From assembly GCF_006345805.1 (NCBI RefSeq), contig NC_042998.1:58900001-58964000 (forward strand): a stretch of 64,000 nt of DNA, written 5' to 3'. The number at the start of each line of letters is the position of its first letter. Position 1 is the stretch's first letter. Below the pieces are notes generated by a model. It saw only the letters and a list, made by a program, of their open reading frames with translations. It was not told the origin of the DNA and ran no database searches. This document shows positions 52,448 through 64,000 of the stretch, piece by piece. The stretch comes from Octopus sinensis (lineage: Eukaryota). Position numbers and translations under genes: made by a program.

Positions 52448-53444
52448 TATGTGTATGATTATAAATGAAGATGCAATTCACAATTTCGTTTCCCTACAGA
52501 TTGGATGCTAACAGATAAGTCAGATGACTAGCATAATAAATCACGTCTATTTCGGGTATTTTCATCACTAGCTCACGAGAGCCATTTTACCAACTGCTTT
52601 GTGAAGGAACCATACAAACTAATTACAAATCAGTGACCGTTAAAGCAACCATCTGCTATGCAGCTCACTTATCGCGATACATAAGCTTTCTTTAGCAATG
52701 TAGCCCGTTTATTTATGAGACAGGTATTTTACAGTTTAATTCGAATAATACAGGCCACACATATCCAGTTGCCTTTCACAAATTAAATCAACTTCGATTA
52801 AGTTGAATGAACATTTATAATATGAAAGGATGCATAGTTATACAATTAATACAACTTATACTAATGTTGCAAGCCATCGCAGCTTACGGTTACATATTCT
52901 TCAACATCCCTTGCATGAATCTCTACTTCGAATCGAATCTGTTCTGACACATGTTGTACTGAACGAATCTCCTAAACAGTAATCTCTTTTCCGATAAAAT
53001 ATGTTTATTTTCTTTCCTTTATTGTACCACCCTAGAGAAACTAATTCACAAAATACTCCATCTGACATAATACTTTACAAGTTATTTAGTAAATGAAAAT
53101 TAATTCTTGAACATTTGTATAACGTATTTCTTCTAATGTATGTGCGCATCTTGCTCTTTTGCATTAACATTTGCTGTTCCTTTATATGACATCCTGAAAT
53201 GTTGCATACTATTTTTGACTGATATTTTATATTAGTTTCATTAATGATTATCTCACGACTTATACAATTCAAGTCTATACAGTATTGATGGAAAATGTAA
53301 AAATAAACTCTTGTACATATGTAAAAATAATTGCTGCATTTGCTGTCTTTCTGCACAACTACCCAACATAGTTTCTATGCATTACCCCTTTCAGCTTCAT
53401 ATTAATGTCACTGGCTGATCTAACCCCAATTACTTTCTTATACC

Positions 53445-53510
<66 letters not shown>

Positions 53511-54151
53511 AAGAGGGGGGGAGAGAGAGAAAGACGCTTTGAGAAGTGAAATAAAGATATTGTATGAAGAAAAGTTTCTTTACTGTTGAATATTTACTAC
53601 AAAAATTTGTAAAATTATTCAAGAAAACTATAATCTTAATTGTCTTTAAACTTTTATTGTCACGTTTCGAAAGCCTGTTATTGCAGTTATCTTCAAAATT
53701 CATAAATAACATATCTAATTAAATGGACGAGATATATATAAACTTCTAAGAGAAAGGAAGCTTCTGACTGAATTTTGACCAATGAGATTAGATATACAGA
53801 TCATCAACTCACACATATCAAAGGCATAATGGTATTTCACTGGATCAATTTCTTCATATATCTAAGTTGCATTTGGTTAGAAGTCTGAGCTCTCTCCAAA
53901 ACAATCTTTTTTTTTCATTTTATCTAGCTTCAGCTCACGAGCTGTGGCCATGCTGGGGCATCGCCATTAGATACATCGAACGCTTCACGAATTTGCGTGT
54001 CATCCTTATGAATTGAAACATAACTATTGTATTTAAATGCTGTTGATTTTATAGAATTTGGATAAGAACCTATCTTAATGTCCTTCAGTGTTAATGTTTT
54101 AACTTTAACACTATAATAAATCAGCTAACCTGTGTTTTCTAACCGATATTA

Positions 54152-54717
54152 TTAGGTTGTCTGGAAAGTTCGTGCCGATTTATAGTAGCTTACCTTTCGA
54201 CTTATTTTAGAACATGTTTGAGACCATAAAATAGGATTTCACTACACCTCCATATAGAGCACACTTTAAGCTATCTTTTTGTGGAAGAAGGTTTATGTTC
54301 CTATAACCTGTGTGAATTCAGTAACCCTTTAAAATGGAAGATAAGAAAGTTCATTTTCGGCACTTGATGCTTTGGGAACCAGACAAAAATTGCTGCAGCT
54401 CAGCTTGGATGTGTTACCCCACCCTCCATATTCACCAGATATTGCTCCTTCGGATTTCCACTTATTCAGGTCTCTGTAGAATAGTCTTAATGGTAAAAAT
54501 TTCAATTCCTTAGATGATGTAAAAAGATACCTTGATGAATTCTTTGCCATAAAACCACCTCAATTCTGGGAAGAGGGTATTTTCAAGTTAAAGGAAAGAT
54601 GGAGACGCATTGTGCAACAAAATACTTCATATTTGGTTGATTAAAAATATAACGGCAAGTATTTATTGACCTTTTTCTTTCTTTTAAAAATCGGCACGAA
54701 CTTTCCGGACAACTCAA
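54152..54717 (+). mobile_element. Internally deleted mariner element
   Basis: TIRs TTAGGTTGTCTGGAAAGTTCGTGCCGATTT / AAATCGGCACGAACTTTCCGGACAACTCAA; retains LPHPPYSPDIAPSDFHLFRSL...WRRIVQQN. Confidence 0.88.
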
Positions 54718-55579
54718 TTTTTACAAACCTATAATAAGGGACACTATTGTTCACAAAACTCAGCATAAAAACAAAACAAAAACGAAAGAAAAATAAACAT
54801 TAAGAATAACAGTGGAAGTAGAAATGCAACAAAAATATCCAGATGAGTAAAATCAACAAAGCTGCTGTAACAACAACAAAATAGATTTTACCCATTGCAG
54901 CAGTATCACCATTAGCTACCATTTCTACACCAAGAAACATACAAACCTTGCTTAAAATATCAGTATTTACCATCTGCAAATGTAACACGCAATTTAAAAT
55001 GGAACAAAAGAATAATTATTCGGTAAGGATGCAACGGAATGGAATACTCTCAGTGATCTCGCTTATTTCTTGTGGCATGTGGCATCAGGCAAAGAAGGCA
55101 CAATACACCGAGAAAAAATAATGAAAACAGTTAAACGTTTGATTTCATTCACTGTTTTTACCTCCTTCTCTTGCGCCTCTTGCCCCCACCTCTGGCTCCT
55201 CCTATCCACTTTGCTTCTTCGGTGAAAGCTTCATGACGATATCCAGAAAATTAATTGCTGAGGTGGGAGGACTAAGATGGTTACAGCTGGTCATTTAGCA
55301 ACTTAGTCTTCTCCCTTTATGTCTTTCTCTTTCCATGGCTCTCTCTCTCTCTCTCTCTATTTCTCTCCCCACTCTCCTGACTTTCTCTCTCTATCTCTCG
55401 TTCATTCTCTCCATCTTATTCTCGTTTTCCATTCTGACTATTGGCTCTTTGATATCTTTTTTCTTTCGTTTTTGCTTTCTTTTCGCCTTTTACCGTTTTT
55501 TTCTTACCCTTTTTTACTTTTTCCATTTATCTCTCTGTCTTTCGATCAGTTTTCGTACATCTTTCTTTCAGACATTCTC

Positions 55580-55611
<32 letters not shown>

Positions 55612-55654
55612 TGCTTGTTTGTTTGTTTGTTTCTTTTTTCTTTGTTTATTCGTT

Positions 55655-55690
<36 letters not shown>

Positions 55691-55806
55691 TCCTGCTTTC
55701 TTTCTTTCTTTCCAGCTTTCGTTCTTTCTTTCCTTCCTTCTTTCTTTCTTTCTTTCTTTCCTGCTTTCTTTCATTCTTTCTTTCCAGCTTTCGTTCTTTC
55801 TTTATT

Positions 55807-55850
<44 letters not shown>
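55580..55850. repeat. (TTTC)n microsatellite
   Basis: Directly visible. Confidence 0.95.
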
Positions 55851-55984
55851 TCGCTCATTATTTATTTTCTTTCCTTCTTCCATTTTCTTTCTTTCTTCAT
55901 TTTCCTATCTTTTGTTCTTTCAGGAATTGCAGACAGGAAGTATAATTAACCAAACAAATTTACTGATAACATTGACAATAGACA

Positions 55985-56023
55985 ATGATGACGACGACAA
56001 CAACTATGATAATGATAATGATA

Positions 56024-56086
<63 letters not shown>

Positions 56087-56389
56087 GATGGTGATGAAGA
56101 TGACGACGATGATGATGATGATAATGATGGTGATGGGGAGGATGAGGAGGATGCAGAGGAGAGGAAGAAGAATGAGAGATTGCTATTGATGGTGGTAGTG
56201 ATGATGGTGATGGTAATGATGGGGTTACGACCTGGATGATGAAGGCGACATCGACGACAACATTGATAAACGAGAAAGATGATGATGATGATGATGATGA
56301 TGTTAGTGGTAGTGATAACTCTCTCGACGCTGCAACCACCGTCACCGCCTTCATTGCCTTCGCTGATTTGGATGATGAAATTGATAATG

Positions 56390-56421
<32 letters not shown>

Positions 56422-56440
56422 GGTGATGATGATGATGACT
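55985..56440. repeat. (GAT)n-rich tract
   Basis: Directly visible; explains the poly-Asp/Met/His ORFs. Confidence 0.9.
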
Positions 56441-56491
56441 GGGCAGATTAGCGTCATTACGAAATGATGGCGTCGAACAGCAAATGTACGT

Positions 56492-56527
<36 letters not shown>

Positions 56528-56935
56528 ATTTGTGATTATGCGTATGCGCGTGTTCGTACATATGTGCATGTATGTACGCATTCTCAGGTATGTGTGTGTG
56601 TTTGTGAATGTGTGTGGATGCGCGCGCGCGTGCTTATGTCGAATGATTATTCAAACGTGTTCGAAAGCGATAACGTAATCTATGGCGATTGTCTTTTGAG
56701 TTGGAGGTCAAAGCATGCCGCAAGTAATGAGAAGAGGTCACGGTTTCCGTTCCGAGCGGTTCCTTTACTTTGAGTTGGGGAGGAAAACGAGGCGGGGCTG
56801 GTGGTTGGGTTGTTTTAAAGGTAAAAGTTGCCAATGCAATCGCAATTCTGACATTACTACTGCTACCATCATTAGTATCACTACTATAATAACAGCAGCT
56901 GCTGCTGATATACCCACTACTACAGCTGCTGCTGT

Positions 56936-56974
<39 letters not shown>

Positions 56975-57058
56975 AGCGGCTGCTGCTGCTTCTACTATTC
57001 TTTTCTTTTATTACGCACAGCGGTATAGATGAGGGGAATAGTACTAATACTACTGCTG

Positions 57059-57091
<33 letters not shown>

Positions 57092-57118
57092 TACTACTAC
57101 TACTACTGATATTACTGT

Positions 57119-57166
<48 letters not shown>

Positions 57167-57243
57167 ACTGAAGGTATCAAGCAATAATTCCCCGAAAATT
57201 GCTGGTCGTGTATCAAAATCAGAAAATATTATTATTATTATTA

Positions 57244-57799
57244 TTGAGTGAAAGAGCAGTGCATGCCATGAAAGTGGCACTGGGGTAAAATATATGAAGT
57301 CCAGTATAACCATCATGACTACCCATCTGATAAGGGTATACCAGGCATATGCATCACAACCATATGTGCGCAATATGGTGATCTCATACCAAGATAAACA
57401 GCTCATGACCTTGCAGGTGGGACCCAGTGAGCATTTTCTTCTGGTCGAGTAGCCCATCCCACTCAAAAGGTCCCTGAATAAGGATTGTTTAAGAATGTTG
57501 AACGAACCACCCATGTTTCCAAGGGTAAATTATCCAAACCTCTAGGAATTCCTTTCAACACATGGCTATGATGCTCGCCCACTATCTCTGCTCATGATCA
57601 GAGATGCACATATCGTCAGCCACTAAGGGACATGGTCAACTGGTTAAGGTCAAACAACTGACAAGCAAATCTGTGGTATTCAGCAGAATATTTGCTGTAT
57701 ACCATTTTTTATACCAAGACAAAACAATGTACATGATAACACCTCCAATCAGTTAAGATCAGAAGCCATGAGAGCCACTGTCTGGTACTGCATAAGGGC

Positions 57800-57803
<4 letters not shown>
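57244..57803 (-). mobile_element. Repeat family C
   Basis: Longer homologue of 14493-14832; (TTA)n on both sides. Confidence 0.8.
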
Positions 57804-57845
<42 letters not shown>

Positions 57846-57849
<4 letters not shown>

Positions 57850-59000
57850 CAGCGAGCTGGTAGAATCGTCAGCATGCTGGACGAAATGCTTAGAGGTAAT
57901 TCGCCCATCGTTACGTTCTGAGTGAAATTCCGCCGAGATCGACTTTAATTTTCATCCTTTCGGTCGATAAAGTAAGTGCTAATATAATACTGGGGTCGTT
58001 GTAATCGACTTACCCCCTATCCCAAACTTGATAGTTTTGTATCAAAATTTGAAATCATTATTATTATTGTTGTTAAGGCAGTGAGCTGGCAGAATCGTTG
58101 ATACGTCGGACAAAATGCTTAGCGCTATTTCTTCCAGATCTTTATGTTTTGAGGAAGACATTGCTTTTCATCGTTTCGTGATCGATAAAAGAAAGTACCA
58201 ATCAGGTACTAGAGCCAATGTAATCGATAATCCCACTACCCAATTGCTGGCCATGTACTGAAATTTTAAACAATTGTAATTATTGTTCTGGTTGCCATCT
58301 TCATCGTCTTTGTTATTGTTGTTGTTGTAAAGGCGGCCAGCTGGCGGAATCGTTGTACGCCGGACAAAATACTTGTCGACATTTCGTCCGTCTTTGCGTT
58401 CTGAGTTCAAATTCTGTTGAGAACGACATTACCTTTCATTCTTTCGGAGGTCGACAAGTTAAATTCCAGTGAAACACTGGGTTCGATGAAATTGACTCTC
58501 CCACTTCCTTCTCGCCCATGTCACAATTTCAGGCCTTGTGCCTATAGTAGAAAGGGTTATCATTGTTGTTGTCGAAGGCGGCGAGCTGAGAGAATCGGTA
58601 ACACGCTTGGGAAAGATGCTTAGCAGCATTTCGTCGGTCTCTACGTTCTGAGTTGATATTCAGCCAAGGTCGACTTTGGCTTTCGTTCTTTCCAAATCGA
58701 TGAAATAAGTACCAGTTGTGTAGTGGAGTCGATGTAATCAACTCTCCCTTCCCCCAAATGTCAGGCCTTTCGTAGGAAGGATTATTATTGTTGCTACTAT
58801 TATTGTTGTTTGGTGAATTTTCAGTATCATTAGAGCGCTGGAATAGTTCTTTACAATATTTGTTCTCGCTTTCTACTTTCTCAGTACAAATTCAGCCGAA
58901 ACGAATGTTTTCTTCCATTGTAATTGCGACGATAAAATAAAATACCAGTTAGATACTGATATGGATTTAGTCGAATGCACTCTCTTCATATAGTTATTGT
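57846..59000 (+). mobile_element. Head-to-tail run of 4-5 SINE family A copies
   Basis: Heads GCGAGCTGGTAGAATCG (~57850), AAGGCAGTGAGCTGGCAGAATCG (~58075), AAGGCGGCCAGCTGGCGGAATCG (~58330), AAGGCGGCGAGCTGAGAGAATCG (~58575), and a decayed copy at ~58830. Confidence 0.85.
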
Positions 59001-59430
59001 CTCATGCTTATGTTACGTTATAAATAATAATAATTATGATTAAAACTAGAGATTAATAAAGGCTACAATAAAGTGAGGTCAAAATGGCGGTCAGAGTAAT
59101 TTTAAGCAGAGTGAGAGTATGAGAAAGGAAAAGTGAAAGAGTGGGAGTGTGAGAGAGGAGGGAATAGTGGGAGACGGAGGCAAAGGAAAAGAAAATAGAA
59201 AGGGTGACGAGTAAGTGAGTGAATGAGAGAAATATAATAGTAGGAGGGAAAGTCAGAAAATGGATGTCTACGTGAGCGATAGTGTGAGTGTTTCTGTGTC
59301 TGTGAGTGGTGAAAGGAAATAAAGAGGAATGTGTATGTATGTATGTATGTATGTATGTATGTATGTATGTATGTATGTATGCATATAAATTTGAGCGTGT
59401 ATATGCAAAGTCTATGAGTGTGAGTGTGCA

Positions 59431-59561
59431 TGTGTGTGTGTGTGTGTGTGTGTGCGTGAGTGTGCACATTTGTATGTATGTCTGTACAATACAAAGAAAT
59501 GTAGAGAAAATGAGTAGGGCTGAGAGAGTGAGTTTGAGATAGAGAATTAATTACAACGACA

Positions 59562-59598
<37 letters not shown>

Positions 59599-59685
59599 GA
59601 ATGAAAGATGACAAATGGATAGTTAGACTGATAGAGAGGTAAATAGGTAGATAGGTAGATAGACAAATAAACAGACAGGCAGACT

Positions 59686-59754
<69 letters not shown>

Positions 59755-60045
59755 GGAAAGAGAAGCACAGCGAAAGTTTGTGAGTTTGTGTGTCTCTGGG
59801 TGTGAGAACATAAAAAGGCCGATGGTGTGTGGTATAGTACGACTACGTATTTATGAGCGGAAGAGAAAGAGAGATGGAAGGCTAACCAACAGAATAGTTA
59901 CAGCGAGACGTTACTTTGCTTATGTGTGTGTGTGTGTGTGCGTGAGTGTGCACATTGTATGTATGTCTGTACAATACAAAGAAATGTAGAGAAAATGAGT
60001 AGGGCTGAGAGAGTGAGTTGAGATAGAGAATTAATTACAACGACA

Positions 60046-60100
<55 letters not shown>

Positions 60101-60187
60101 GAATGAAAGATGACAAATGGATAGTTAGACTGATAGAGAGGTAAATAGGTAGATAGGTAGATAGACAAATAAACAGACAGGCAGACT

Positions 60188-60256
<69 letters not shown>

Positions 60257-60442
60257 GGAAAGAGAAGCACAGCGAAAGTTTGTGAGTTTGTGTGTCTCTG
60301 GGTGTGAGAACATAAAAAGGCCGATGGTGTGTGGTATAGTACGACTACGTATTTATGAGCGGAAGAGAAAGAGAGATGGAAGGCTAACCAACAGAATAGT
60401 TACAGCGAGACGTTACTTTGCTTATGTGTGTGTGTGTGTGTG
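59431..60442. repeat. Two-copy ~500-bp direct tandem duplication
   Basis: 59454-59939 and 59940-60442 match except for 1-nt T-run indels and (GA)n length; bounded by (TG)n. Confidence 0.92.
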
Positions 60443-60865
60443 CATGAGTGTTAATGTTATCGTAGCGTAATTAAAGTTATCAGTTTTACTTCACTAGGAG
60501 TATAGGTGAGATGAAATATAATGGTGGAATAATGCAGAAATTGCTTAAATTACTCTGTTAAAAGTCATAAGTTCAAGACGTAGCGGAGTTATTGTCTTAT
60601 CTTTATCATGAGAAACAATATCCTCTCCATTGAGAAATTGATATCTCTATCTCTCTAGAACAGAAAAAAGAAAAATGATAATGGTTTCTCATTTAGTGAC
60701 AAGACAACCATTTTGAAGGATGGAGAAGTCAATACCGTAGACCCAAGTTTTTGGCTGGTACGCTATTTTATCGGCTTCGGGAAGATTACTGTTAAAGATG
60801 ACCTCAGCGTGATTTGAAAACAAGATGTAAAGAGCTAGGAGTTAATAATAATGATAATGATAATA

Positions 60866-61018
60866 ATCCTTTCTACTATAGGCTCAAGGCCTGAAATTTT
60901 GGTGATGTGCACTAGTCGATTATATCGACCCCAGTGGTTCACTGGTACTTGATTTATCGACCCCAAAAGGATGAAAGGCATAGTCGATCTCGGCGGAGCT
61001 TGAACTCAGAACGTAGCG
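60866..61018 (-). mobile_element. SINE family A, 5'-truncated
   Basis: Minus strand CTACGTTCTGAGTTCAAGCTCCGCCGAGATCGAC...AGGCCTTGAGCCTATAGTAGAAAGGATTATT. Confidence 0.8.
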
Positions 61019-61020
61019 AT

Positions 61021-61512
61021 TGATCTTATCTGATTGGAAGTGTTATCATGTACATGTTTAATCTTGTTATAAAAGATGGGCTACAAAAAATATTCTGTCA
61101 GTTGTTTGAATCTCCCTGGCTGAGCATGTCCTTAGTGGCTGACAATATATGCAGCTCTAATCACAAGCAGAAGTAGTGGGGGAACATCACAGACAAGTGT
61201 TCAGAAGAATTCTTTAGGGGTTTGAATAATTCATCCCTGGAAACGAGTGTTTCATTCAACGTCCTTAAACAACCATTATTCAGGGAATTTTTGAACGGGA
61301 TGGGCTACTCGACCTGTAGAAAATTCTAACTGGGTGTCACCTGCAAGTTCATGTGCTGTTTATCTTGATATGAGATCACCATGTTGCACACATATGGCTG
61401 TGATGCATGTGCCTGGTGTACTCTTATCAGATGGGTAGTCATGATGGGTATATTGAGCTTCGTATATTTTGCCCCAGTGTCACGTTGATGGCATGCACTG
61501 CTCTCTCATTCA
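61021..61512 (+). mobile_element. Repeat family C with (GAT)n tail
   Basis: Reverse complement of the 57244-57803 sequence. Confidence 0.8.
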
Positions 61513-61559
61513 ATGACGATGATGAGGATGATGATGATGATGATGATGATTCTTTGAAT

Positions 61560-62250
61560 TTTTTGCACAAGACCAGCAGTTATAGAGGCATGAGTCAAGT
61601 CGATTAGATTGATCCTAGTATTTGACTGATACTTTATTTTATCGACCCCGAGAGGATGAAAGGCAAAGCTGACCTCAGTAGAATTCGAACTCAGCGCATA
61701 AAAGTCGGAAGATGCTGTAACAATTTTACCAGTTCGAAAAATTGTTTCAAATTTTGGCATTTCATCCAGTCTGGGATCCATCATCTACTTAACTTCTTCT
61801 CTCAGAATTGCTGGACTTGTGCCATAAACAAACTCCATTAATGCGAGACAATAAAGATGGTGTATTAGCAAATTCTTTACAGCACTGAGCAAAATGCTTT
61901 GTGTCATTTGCTCCAGTTCTTTATATCCTGACTTCAAATACCGGTGTGGACAACTTTTTCTTTCAATCCTTTCGGTGTTGGTAAAATTAAGTACTATTCT
62001 GTTAACCGTCTCGAAGTAATCGACTAATCCTGTTCTTTTAAAATTGCCGTGCTTGTCCCTAAATTACAAACACCTATATCTAATCAATAATTGAGAGAAT
62101 TGGCAGAATCGATTGATCATCCGAAAAATAACTTGCAATAGTTGTTCAAGCTGTTTGTACTCTGATAAAACGTAGTAACAGCCTAGTACTTACGCGATGA
62201 AATCAATTCCGTTCCCCCTCTTCAAAATCGCTATCCTTGTGCCTAAACTA
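61560..62250. mobile_element. Cluster of decayed SINE family A copies (one minus, about two plus)
   Basis: TTTATCGACCCCGAGAGGATGAAAGGCAAAG (minus); TCCTTTCGGTGTTGGTAAAATTAAGTAC and TTGGCAGAATCG (plus). Confidence 0.6.
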
Positions 62251-62723
62251 GAAATAATTACTTTCGGTCAAAAGGAAGCACGAATAAACTAGATTCAATC
62301 AATTATTCTAGGGTCAGTCAATTATTCTAAGGTCAATCGTTTAAGGTCATTCCTGTAAAACTTGCCCCTGTCACTCGGCCGAATGATTTTCATTGTTTAT
62401 TCATAATTTCGTATGAAGATATTGCATTTTAATTGTTATTAGATAGTCATAGACAGTTCTGCTGCATAAAATTCATTGAATAAAAGCAGGTTTCATGAGG
62501 CGAAGTACTTAATCTGGTTCTCAATCTAAAGAAGTCAATTGAAAGTGATTTTAGAATCTCATGTGAGGTGCTTACATAATATATAAAAAAATCGTTGTTC
62601 ATTTAACCTTTTATTATGTCATTGTTGTTCAGTTCAAGATCAGTTTTCATCATGCAAGAATGTGATGAAAGGCAAGTATCGGTGTGTCCTTCTCACCCTT
62701 TTATTTTTTGGATATAATGTATA

Positions 62724-63033
62724 CAGTGATCTCTCGCTACTTCGCGGTTCAACTATCACGGATTCACGACTTCGCGGATTAAAAAAAGATATATATATAG
62801 ACACCTAAAATCTTTCCTTAAATCTATTAAGATATTAATAATAAATATTATTTCCTAGTCTAGGAACAACAAAACAAGCGTAAAATAGCAAAAAAGCATA
62901 TACAGAAGTATTTGAACTTCAGACGGGCTGTGATTGGTGCAATGGAGAGAGTGGACAAATCACAGCTTTCTATTTTGTAATCTGGCCTGTGATTGGTGCT
63001 TTGACCGATACTCAGATCCGCAGCATCTTTTCT

Positions 63034-63086
<53 letters not shown>

Positions 63087-64000
63087 GTCATTTCGCTTAA
63101 AGCTTTCTCGCCGAGTGGGTTACTGTACTACTGTACGCTGTGCTGCGTGTGATTCTTTTTGTTTGTTTGCGTTGAACTTTGCGTTTTAATCCCCTGCAAT
63201 GGCTCCCAAGGTAGAAGGCATTGCAAGAAATGAAGCCTGCTACCATTAACGCGAGCTGCAAAATTTTGTGGTCCGAGGTTATTTACGACGACAAGGGATT
63301 TACACCTGCCGAAATCCAACACTCCGCAGTACAGAAAGCTTTGCAGTTGGCTGCGATCACTGGAAGTGACACCTTTGCAGACGTGACCACGGGAGACATT
63401 GACGCGTTATTAGACTGCCACTCCCAGCCGCTAACAGACGCAGACCTCGAAGACTTGACAAAGTCGGCCAGCGAAGAAGAAGAAGAAGAAGAAGAAGAAG
63501 AAGAAGAAGAAGAAGAAGAAGAAGAAGAAGAAGAAGAAGAAGAAGAAGAAACGCAGCAAGAAACGGAAGAAGTTGTCGACCAAACTGGCTTGACTTTTGA
63601 ACGGCTGGCTAAGCTCTGCAACCTGGCTACAGAATTGAAAGAGGGGTCACAGGAATGGGACGACATGGTTCGTTCTGTGCAATTTTGCAACAAGTTGACG
63701 AAGACATGACTCCCTACAAGATGCTATTTGAACGGAAAAAGAAGCAGCATCAACTTCCTATCACAATGTTTTTGCAGTCTCGCAAAAGAGAGCCAGTTCC
63801 TGCTGCTACTAATACGGTTGCACCTTGGGAAGGAGTGGAAGAGGTGTTCCAGGAAAGGGCACCGCCGTTAGCTTCATCATCATCATTTCTACTGCGCAGC
63901 AAATTCATCACCATCATTATTCAAATTTTATTTCAACTTCTTTCATGTTGAGTACAGTAACAATCTTTATTTTTTTAAACTCAAAAGTGTTATTGTTTAA
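62724..64000 (+). mobile_element. Tigger/pogo transposon, internally deleted, truncated by window end
   Basis: TA|CAGTGATCTCTCGCTACTTCGCGG terminus; ATGGCTCCCAAG (MAPK) joined almost directly to C-terminal QEMKPATIN..DIDALLDCHSQPLTDADLEDL followed by poly-Glu. Confidence 0.8.

Noticed and set aside
57846-59000. Regularly spaced repeats resembling a CRISPR array
   Set aside because: Units are ~230-bp diverged SINEs in eukaryotic DNA; no short identical repeats with unique spacers and no cas genes.
1-64000. Host protein-coding gene
   Set aside because: No non-transposon ORF or exon chain recognisable. The window may be intronic, and short exons could be missed by eye.

Overview
Eukaryotic, AT-rich, repeat-dominated DNA with no host protein-coding exon, rRNA, intact tRNA or CRISPR array that I can support. 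The SINE families and microsatellite load look like an octopus (coleoid cephalopod) genome; this is recognition from memory, not a database result. Contents: (i) a young Penelope-like retroelement at ~30303-33660 with an uninterrupted RT + GIY-YIG reading frame and near-identical inverted terminal repeats; (ii) a same-orientation run of three R4/Dong-type restriction-like-endonuclease LINEs joined by (TAA)n arrays at ~15.3-21.8 kb, plus further decayed copies; (iii) an L1/Tx1-like ORF1 with no ORF2; (iv) Tc1, mariner and Tigger DNA transposons and a MITE; (v) a complete non-autonomous Helitron, a Helentron-type element and a Helitron Rep remnant; (vi) many tRNA-derived SINEs and microsatellites. 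The most interesting signals are RNA-level features of the Penelope-like element. A U_UUU_UUA heptamer sits in the correct phase to join an upstream Asn/His/Thr-rich frame to the RT frame by -1 frameshifting, and a minimal U3-A8 variant hammerhead ribozyme lies in both terminal repeats. Several unrelated hammerhead-like motifs occur elsewhere in the first 34 kb. All folds and translations were done by eye, and coordinates of degenerate repeats are approximate.
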